Source: Chrysomallon squamiferum | Taxonomy: Eukaryota > Animalia > Mollusca | Length of the DNA stretch: 64,000 nt | NCBI GenBank assembly: GCA_012295275.1 | Contig: CM022678.1 | Coordinates: 8,432,001 to 8,496,000, forward strand | Direction of reading: 5' to 3' | In this document: positions 52,164 to 64,000 of the stretch, in pieces | Layout of the letters: the number at the start of each line of letters is the position of its first letter | How positions within the stretch are numbered: the stretch's first letter is position 1 | Notes under the pieces: model-generated | Told to the model about the DNA's origin: nothing | The model's input: the letters and a program-made list of their open reading frames with translations, nothing else | Database searches by the model: none | Position numbers and translations under genes: made by a program

Positions 52164-52168
52164 ATCTG

Positions 52169-52231
<63 letters not shown>

Positions 52232-52731
52232 GTAGTAGTAGTAGTAGTAGTAGTAGTTCCACTAAATTCCACTAATGGTATATACAAATAAATAAATGAA
52301 ATGAAATATATAAACTTGCGAATACAACACTGATAATATTATAAATAAACTAAAAAAAACCTGTTTATTTATTTATTTAATCTTGTTTGTGAAATAAAAG
52401 TGCATTACGAACTTGTGACGTCACTCTTAATTTGAGAAGGAAGACGACAGTCTGTGGTAAATTGCGGTCGACAATACTAATATAATAAACGAAGTCGTCT
52501 GTAATAAATAGTATGAAGCAAAGAAAAACTCACACAAGAAAACCGACCAACAAACTCAACATATGTGAGTATCCATGAATGCTGCAAGTTAATTTATCAC
52601 ACCACTAGAAAAGAAATCGTTTCTCGCAATGTGACGACCTACTTTTCTTGATAATCGCATACGACGCACATACAGTAATCGTGGAATTGACTTTGAAAAT
52701 GATATTTTGAAATATCTTAGAACACGAATAA

Positions 52732-52807
<76 letters not shown>

Positions 52808-53815
52808 AAGAAGAAGAAGAAGAAGAATAACAATAATAATAATAATAAATTTGACTTACTTAGTCTTGAGAAAAGAAAATTTTAGCAGCTGAAATAATGT
52901 GAACGCTTCTTCGTCTGCAATGTCAATTTACTCTTGCATTAGCGAAGCCCGGTTTTTACAGACGACACTTACTGAGCGGAAGATACCAATTCATGTAAAA
53001 AAAAGGGGTAGGAGCTTTGAAGTTTTCTATAAAAGTTTTGTTTCTTCTGATAAAAAATAATCGTGAAATTTGTTTCATTCTTGAGGTTAAGTAAACAGGA
53101 TTAAAATTAACAACTACCTTAACATAGTTTGTGTATAGAATTAATTTTTAAAATGCTGGTTAGATTCTATCACACATGTTGTAATAATGGAGTAGCAACT
53201 GGCTTGTAGTTGGACAGAGAAAGATAATACATTTAGCCGCCAAAATTGTATCGTGTTTAAACTTGAACAGTGAAGTGGCGGGATCAGGTCTTTTCGTAAG
53301 ATATATAAATAAACTATAATAATGAAAAACAGCATACAAGGTGAATATATGATTTTAGTCATAACAATAAAATAATACTATATATTCCTTCTCTATATTA
53401 TATAGTTTTATTTCATTCTGTTTAAAATAAATAAATAAATAAATCGTATTAACGATTAAATTTATGTTATTATAATATTACATATTGTATTTTTTGACTA
53501 AACCAAGACAGAGCAATTCTCAAATGTTTGGTAATGTGAGGTGAATTCAGGTATACACAAGCAGTGATATACTGCGGACATTCATAAGAAAAAAGAATGT
53601 AAATGCAGGCATTAAGGGAATTGTTCGATATGGTAGAAGCTGCCCCTTGACCGATACTGTACTGAATTCATTTTCAGATGTTGTTTTAATGAAACATTTG
53701 TAGCATTATAAAGCTACAGTATACTTTTATATGTTTATACAGTAGAATGTAATAAATAGTATAAAAGAAATCAGTTCCCTCTCTCTCTCTCTCTCTCTGA
53801 GATACACCTGCATAT

Positions 53816-53879
<64 letters not shown>

Positions 53880-54909
53880 AACAAATCTCACTGAGTAGAA
53901 TTATTATTTTATGACAGTATAAAACAAGTTCCCTGTATTAATTATTATGTGAAATGTGGTGATAATGTACAGCTGATTCGCATTCTGTTTATCTACAGCT
54001 TCGTCAATAAATTTACAAAAATAAACGTAAATTATTGTAACACGTTGCTGTTACTTTCTTTTTTTGTTACAAAGGCATTGTGTTGTTGTTGTTTGTTTTT
54101 GTTTTTTTATTTATATATTTGTCATTTCAATCTTTTCTTTACTGGGGAAAATTTATAAACACATATTTTTTCCCTGGAAAGAAAAGGTCGGAATGACAAA
54201 GTGAAATATCCGACTTTTTTTCAGTTAAGAGCATCTAGGGCAGAAATAAAAAAAGAAAAAAAAAGTAAAAGAAAAATATCTTGAATATGGCTACTGTAAG
54301 GACATAAACTCTCCATTCACCGCATAACCTAATTTGAAATTGGTTAACATAACATTTTATTTGTTTACTGAAGCGAAACCTACTATGTTGTTTGTTTGCT
54401 GGTGTGAACGATAGAACAAGTTACGAGTGTTTTATAATGACAGATTTCTTCACGAGAACATACTCCACATAGAAAGATGATGTAGATAAATCGACTTGTT
54501 AAATAAAGAAATGAAATGCATTAGAATTAAACAAACACAATACAAACGTACAGTTGGTCACGTTTCAACATAATTTATTTCAGTATTAAACTAATTTCCC
54601 GATCTAACATATTATAATATATGATACTGGGTATAATTAAGAGAAAGAGAAAAATGAAATACAAGATTAGACGTAAAAAGAGGTGTTCATGCAGTGTTCA
54701 TACCCTACAAGTTCAGTTTACAGAAGTTTACATTCTGTTTGTTTACCGAGGCGAAACCTACTTGACTCTGTTTAGTCACGTTTTGAATTCACGCAGTTAC
54801 ACTGACTACAGAGGAATGTAGGTTTTAACAACAAAAACACAACTCAAACAAAAGATCAGATTTTGTGAAAATTTATAATAATACTAGTTTTTGTTATCGT
54901 GTCATTATG

Positions 54910-54995
<86 letters not shown>

Positions 54996-55346
54996 GTTAT
55001 TGTTGTCATGGTGCCAATGGCTAAAGTGCTCATAACCACTGTCTAGAGCCTATGAGAGGGATTCGTGTAATACTACACTCATAACACACCGACAGCTTAA
55101 GTTTTTTAATTTAGAAACATAGTTTGTAATAATACAATTAAGAAAGATAAGAAGAGCAACTAAATTATTTGCGGGTTTTGGGAAAGCTAATATAAAAAAC
55201 GGAATCAGTCAACTGAAACGTATTTAGAGAATAATAATTATATTATAAGTTTTAAGTTGTGTATGTCTGTGTTACTCCCTCTCCGTGTGTGAGCGCGCGC
55301 GCGCGCGTGTGTGTGCATTTGTGTGTGTGTGGCTGTGAGTGCATGC

Positions 55347-55404
<58 letters not shown>

Positions 55405-56659
55405 GTGTGTGTGTGAAACATATACGCCTTTGGTGAGACAGATTACACCGCAAAATGACAGAACCAAAACAAGCGAGAAAAATATCTAACCGTACACCGC
55501 TGTCAAAAGCTTGTCAAAGCAAGGTCAGAATTTTCAGGTTCAGTAAGCTCTATTTCATAAAAGGGCCCACCGGACTGTGCAAAGATTACAAAGTATTGTA
55601 TTCCTGTAGATATCAATGAAAGAGTCGAAATCAAAGAGCAAGAGAAACCAGCTTAGACTGACAAATTTTAAAATATTCTATTTTTCTAGTGTTTATACTT
55701 GTTTTTATTTTCTCTATTTCATATATAGATCATACTATATTAAGTCTATACAATAATTATTACTTTACTAAAATTGTTTACAGCTAGCATACAGAAGAGA
55801 AATGTAACTACTAAAACACTGTAATGTTACTGATAATACTACAACTAATAATGCTACAACAGCCACTGCAAAAACAAATACTTCAACTACAACTACAACT
55901 ACCAGAACAACTGCTGCTGTAGTAACTAATAATTCTACTACAGCTACTACAACGACAAATACTGACACTACAAGTACTACAACAGCTACTACTGCTTCTA
56001 TGACGACTGACACAATTAACAGTGCAACTACAACTACAACGACGAATAATTCTGCTGCAATATTTCCACTACAACTATTACAACACGTACAACTGCTACT
56101 ATGACTACTACAACAACTAACAATTGCACTACAAAGGTAAATGATCTTATTACAACAACTACAACTGCTACTATGACCACTACAACAACTAACAATTATA
56201 CTACAAAGGTAAATTATCTTATTACAACAACTACAACTGCTACTATGACTACTACAACAACTAACAATTCTACTACAAAGGTAAATTATATTATTACAAC
56301 AACTACAACTGCTACTATGACTACTACAACAACTAACAATTCTACTAAAATTATCTTATTACAACAACTACAACTGCTACTATGACTACTACAATAACTA
56401 ACAATTCTACTACAAAGGTAAATTATATTATTACAAGTACAACTGCTACTATGACTACTAGAACAACTAACAATTCTACTACAAAGCTAATTCATATTAT
56501 TACAACAACTACAACTGCTACTATGACTACTAGAACAACTAACAATTCTGAATCAAAGGTAAACGATAGATCTGCTTCCATAAAAGTCTAAAAGAAACTG
56601 TTATTTTCTTTACTGTTGATACAGAGATATGAATGTGCATTGTATGTATATCTATATGA

Positions 56660-56826
<167 letters not shown>

Positions 56827-58516
56827 CAGACAAATAGATATATCTGACTGTTTATTTGTGTTTCATAATAACGTGTCAGTTCAGGTATGATTAATATTAA
56901 CAACAAAAAAAGATCAGTTTACAAGTGCAATATTAAAACCAAACATTAACCAGTTTGTTTGTTTTTTTTTTTATCTGGTGAAGTATCAGAATATTTATGA
57001 ATTAAAATTGTATATTAAGTGTTACTTGTATAGATTACTGTGTAATAACCAGATATCTCTGTGGTTTTATTTCCGATACAGATTCCAGACCAGGTATGGA
57101 TATAGATCGGGAACCAATTTCAGAATTTTCTCGTTTTCTGGACCTAAGCTTGATAATTATATACTTAAAATATAAAACTGTTCAATGACGTTTGAGCGAC
57201 TACATGCTACGCCTAGCAATTTCTGTGGTTGGCAGATTAACTGATGTACCGTTAGCATTTTCTGTTTTAAAGGTGATAGGAAAATAATAAAAACTATATA
57301 CAAAAAGAAAATAATGTATTTTATTTCAGTTTCTTTAGGCTATAAATACTCGAACATTCGGAACTCATGCCCAGTTTTCTAATTTAATTTAGTTTAATTA
57401 ATTTATTCTAAAAATTCCCAGATACTTTCGCTTTAAATCGCTAATTCCCAAACACTTAAAGAATACAATAGCTCTATTGTCAATCGCTCAAACTGACAAT
57501 CGCTATGTATGAATCGCTCAAAATGTAGTCACCGAAGATCTCGACACTTAAAATAAAATGAACAATGAAAACTAAAAAAGCTGACAGTATTTTCCAAACA
57601 TATTAGTAAAATTTTAAAGGCCTTTTCTCGCAGTTTTATTTTTCTGATAGATGAATATTTGGTTTCGGACCTGTACTAAATGTTTAATATGTGTTTTTAA
57701 TTCATGCGGAATTGTTTTTAAGATAATGATACTGTCGCTACGCTCGCTTCTGCTTAGGATACAACTTTAGGATACAACATAATGGAAACCCGAAATGTCG
57801 CCAAAATGGCGCTCGGTAAATTGCAGGAGGATCGCAAAATCGTGATTTATCATCTTGCTTGCCGCCATTTTTCTTCGTGTTGTAATTATATATATATATA
57901 TATAAATTACTTATTTAGAAAAAAGAAAGAAAAAAGTTAACCGATTTCATTTACAATGGAATGTATTGCATACTTTGTCTGTCTGAATAATAAAAATATT
58001 AATCTCATTTTGAAAAGAGAATTTCAGTTTTCCTGAATCGATATATCGTATCGGGGTTCTTATATCGTAATACGAGTCTGTATCGTTACAGCCCTTGTTT
58101 ATATGTGTGTGTGATGTGCGTGATGTGCGTACGAGCGTGCTTTGAAGCAGATAGGCAAACTGAAGTAGCTAAAAATACCTTAATGATTAACATATATACC
58201 CCACTGTATATTCGTTGATCCTACGTTTTAAATATTTTATTTGTTAAAAAAAGATCTAGCTGTTTAGACTATTTATCCAGAACTAGTTTATGCTGTAGTT
58301 GCTGCTATTTTTCCTTTGTAAATTATAGTTACGATTTATTCGGATGTCGACTATTAGCTAGGTGTTTGTTTGTTTTTTTTTTTTTTTTTTAACCAACCAC
58401 AGGTTCCTCAGTGGTGTGTGTGTGTACGTTTGTGTGTTTGTCAGTGTCTGTATGGTAGCTCTTTATTGGTGAACATGTTTCGCTATAACAGCAAAGGCAG
58501 TTAATCTTATAATGAC

Positions 58517-58621
<105 letters not shown>

Positions 58622-58950
58622 CAAAAACGTAAAACAAAATAAAGTAGGGACATTATTACACTGGAGTACATTGTATAAGTGTGACGTCAACTTGAACTTA
58701 CAGTGACCTTCAAATGAATACCCATGACGTCAAAAATCTCATCTTATTTTCCAAGCCGCCGGTTATATTTTATTTTATTTTATTTATTATTATTTTTATT
58801 CTTTCGTTCTTTTGTTTCTAATTATTTTTGTTTGTTTTCTTTCTACCGCTTCTATCTCCCATATTGTTTTTTCATTCTGACACTTCATATCTCATATTCC
58901 TTTTCTATCTATCGTTCTCTCATCCTACACGAATTTTATCTTGTATGCTT

Positions 58951-59122
<172 letters not shown>

Positions 59123-59340
59123 ACTGTATTATTGTGTACCGAATAAATCATTGTGTATATAAAATGTATCCTATATGGATATATATATGCATGTATGTAT
59201 ACATTTAGGAATGAATATGCTGTGTCTTATGTATGTCTGATTCTAATCTGGAGCGCACTAGCACAGAAGTGCACTCACAAAGTCTGATGTCGCTGACGAG
59301 ACTGGAAAGTGTGACATCCATTCCACCACACTTCTTAGAC

Positions 59341-59675
59341 GACAACATCACTCGACCACTGAGACAACATCACTCGACCACTGAGACAACATCACTCGAC
59401 CACTGAGACAACATCACTGACCAATGACCACTGACAACATCACCACTGAGACAACATCACTCGACCACTGAGACAACATCACTCGACCACTGAGACAACA
59501 TCACTCGACCACTGAGACAACATCACTCGACCACTGAGACAACATCACTCGACCACTGAGACAACATCACTCGACCACTGAGACAACATCACTCGACCAC
59601 TGAGACAACATCACTCGACCACTGAGACAACATCACTCGACCACTGAGACAACATCACTCGACCACTGAGACAAC
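59341..59675. repeat. Inverted paralogous 22-bp minisatellite, about 15 copies
   Basis: Units AACATCACTCGACCACTGAGAC, with the same unique flank as the 39890 array. Confidence 0.95.
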
Positions 59676-59690
59676 ATACACTGACTCATC

Positions 59691-59735
<45 letters not shown>

Positions 59736-59789
59736 TTTATTTTCTTGTTGGAAACCTGACCCTGTGACAATTAGCAGAATGTTTTTTAC

Positions 59790-59977
<188 letters not shown>

Positions 59978-60056
59978 GATGAATATAGAGAGAGAGAGAG
60001 ATTCTAATCTGGATATATAGCATGAAGTGCACTAGAAAGATGAAAGAGAAAGATTC

Positions 60057-60155
<99 letters not shown>

Positions 60156-60199
60156 TGTTTTGTATATTAGTCGGGAAGCATTGGTTTTCGCTGATTTAA

Positions 60200-60272
<73 letters not shown>

Positions 60273-60473
60273 CACAAAAAGCAACTAGTTGTGATCATGG
60301 CCATCTAAAATGTTGTATTCGTGAAACCCAAGAATAGTGGAGGCTGAAACCTTCATACAGACCAAACATGAGTTTACCTGTCTGTTTATTCACTGCTTCA
60401 TAATGCATAGCTTAATATGTGATTATAGAATGAGTTTAATTAATTTACAGAGTGGCCTTATTATTATTATTAT

Positions 60474-60557
<84 letters not shown>

Positions 60558-60648
60558 CAGTACATAACTTTCTTTGTTAATTTAAAAGTTAATAATAATA
60601 ATAATAATATTTTTTTCCTGTTTATTAGATACCTTTGTTTAGTATTGT

Positions 60649-60702
<54 letters not shown>

Positions 60703-60769
60703 GGTTTTTAAACTAATTAATTCAGTATATTATAGTATATTTCTTTAGCTGACAAATCTGAACATATAC

Positions 60770-61570
<801 letters not shown>

Positions 61571-61578
61571 AATAAGAT

Positions 61579-61611
<33 letters not shown>

Positions 61612-62283
61612 ATGTTTTAAGACACACACACACACACACTGGAAAAATAAATCATGTCTGAAATAGAATGACGAACTGGATGATACTGGATCTGCTTAAA
61701 AGAAAAAAAATATGTAACAACTATTAGACATAAAAACCAGTTGGCATTTAGCTGTGTATACACAATGACACGACAATCTTCATACCCAACTTGTTCAGTT
61801 TAACATTCTGTTTGTTTACCGAGGCGAAACACACTTGACTTTGTTTAGTCACGTTTTGAATATACGCAGGCAAAAATATATTACAAATTAATTCAGTTAC
61901 AAACAAAAAGGAAAGAAGTACAAATGTAAATTAAAAACAAATAATAATAATAATAAAAAAAAAAACGTAATTAACAAATCTATTATTAATATTAGTAGTA
62001 GCATGAGTTTGGTGATAATGATTGTAATAGTTTTCGTATTAGGAGCAATAGTAGTAGTTGTTGTTGTACAGTCAATGTACCTTTCAAAAAAACAAACATA
62101 ATAATAATAAAAGAAAAATTCATTACGCAAGATAAAATGGAAACATACGTTAGCAGATGATGTTTATTCAGTTCCAATCAATCCACCGTGTTTGTGATTT
62201 TTATCAAACTCATATCCTGAATATCTTTAACAAAAAAACAAACAAAAACAGTTAATGGTAAAATGACATATAGTAAGCACACA

Positions 62284-62755
62284 CAGGGTCGGCGCTGTAA
62301 TACAGGCAAACAGTTTTGAAAAATAAATAAATAAATTTAATTTTTATTGACGGTCGCTTTTCATCCTGGTTTATTTTACACAGGGACAAATAATCGGGTA
62401 GATTCAGTCTGACCGAAACAAAAAAAAATAAGTGAGTGAAAATCGTGCGTACATGAAATTTTCAAAACGTAATTAGGTTTGCAGGCCACGAGTTTTTCCG
62501 TAGAATCACGCGTATACGAAATCTTCACTTTGTCGCGAAATCAAACTAAAAGCGGTGCACCTTATTTTAATGGTATAAGCAAGGAAAAAAATGGCCGGTG
62601 TGGGATATTTAAATGTCCGTAACAGAAAAATCTTGTCTCTAGAGATCGCATAGGATGTTGAAAATAAATGTTTTAAAAGTTTGAAATTGATATGTTCCTG
62701 GGGGTGACCGAATCTAACCTTGCCTGGGACGCCAGACAGTCTGACGCCGGCTCTC
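62284..62755. mobile_element. Non-autonomous hAT-like DNA transposon (472 bp) with 8-bp TSD
   Basis: Imperfect TIRs CAGGGTCGGCG ... CGCCGGCTCTC; flanking direct repeats AGCACACA (62276-62283) and AGTACACA (62756-62763); CpG-rich interior. Paralogous modules at about 6285-6310, 15460-15485 and 34872-34897 show the empty site. Confidence 0.75.
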
Positions 62756-63141
62756 AGTACACAACAATAAGCGCACGCAGCCAGAATTTAACTCAGCACG
62801 CACCTGATATTGATAAGAAATATTTTTCTATCCTCGCTGAACGACAACAATCAGCTGATCACATGACTCAGAACCACCGCGTGACAATGTCTGACGTGCT
62901 TGTTATCATCATCTGTGTTTAAAACACAATGAGAGGGATTAGTGTAATACTACACTCATCTATTAGATAAATAACACACCAAACAGCTTAAGTTTATTAA
63001 TTTAGAAATATATTTTGTAATAATACAAAATAAAATAAAAACAACTAAATTATTTACAAATTTTGGGAATCCTGATTTAAAGAACGGAATCACTCAACTA
63101 AAACGTAATTAGAGAAAAATCATATTACTATAAGTAATAAG

Positions 63142-63205
<64 letters not shown>

Positions 63206-63489
63206 CATATACACCTTTAACGACACAGATTACACTGCAAAATTTGTTTCCATGCCTGAATGAGAGAACAATTCTTAATTGTTTGACAATGTCATGTTCA
63301 TTCAGGTGCAAATCGTTTAAGTGTCACGTTTATTAAACGTAGTACATTATCTCCAATAATGTTTATTAAAAGTTATCAGAAATAATGTTTATTAAAAATG
63401 AAACATTATCACAAATATACCCAAACTAGAAGTGTAATTGTAACATTTGCAAATTTAATACATTTTATTATTTTAATAACTGTAATTAA

Positions 63490-63611
<122 letters not shown>

Positions 63612-63784
63612 ATACACCTAGAAATGTGTGTGTGCTTATTATAACAAATTACAATATAAAAATGAAATATTTACCAATAGTTCAGTCCATGCAAATACTA
63701 AATTACAAATAATAAAAGATATAAGGGAGACTCTTTTCATGTAAGAAATTATTAAATTACTGAAGATGTCAATGAAAATATCGA

Positions 63785-63919
<135 letters not shown>

Positions 63920-64000
63920 AATATTTATTTATTTATTTATTTTTAAATTTGAATAATAAACTTGCTCGAATCCGGTTTCTGATATCATTAACCAGCACTA

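Noticed and set aside
53520-53700. Cys-rich fragment (YCGH..ECKCRH.GNCS..YCTEF) reminiscent of transposase C-terminal Cys motifs
   Set aside because: Requires several stops and frameshifts; too short to support a call.
55005-55080. tRNA/SINE head-like string TGGTGCCAATGGCTAAAGTGCTC
   Set aside because: No convincing B-box or cloverleaf.
55453-55620. ORF MTEPKQARKISNRTPL...KGP...VLYSCRYQ roughly in register with the histone H3 N-terminus (KQ.ARK...RYQ)
   Set aside because: Only scattered identities, no GGKAPRKQL or histone fold, and a stop right after RYQ. The splice-cassette reading explains the module at least as well. An HMMER histone search would settle it.

Overview
Eukaryotic (metazoan) genomic DNA, very AT-rich and saturated with microsatellites, with two 200-N scaffold gaps (21721-21920, 43834-44033). 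Composition and gene content suggest a mollusc, possibly an octopod cephalopod (inference only). Nearly all ORFs in the supplied track are microsatellite artefacts, and I find no intact protein-coding gene. About 80% of the window is a mosaic of duplicated 0.1-5 kb modules, each present in 2-6 copies, reshuffled and partly folded back. A unique island at about 44-53 kb holds the last two coding exons of a CAMSAP/Patronin gene (CKK domain, frameshifted), Mutator-type transposon remnants, and a disabled RING/coiled-coil/NHL-type TRIM-like gene on the minus strand. Also present: two copies of a 5'-truncated non-LTR retrotransposon relic, a 472-bp hAT-like insertion with an 8-bp TSD and visible empty sites, and 22-bp, 72-bp and 76-bp tandem repeats. 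The most interesting, still speculative, signal is that many duplicated modules read as small phase-1 exons encoding Tyr-x-x-Leu/Ile/Val motifs, i.e. a possibly decaying array of immunoreceptor-like cytoplasmic-tail exons. All alignments and coordinates were made by eye, so boundaries are approximate.
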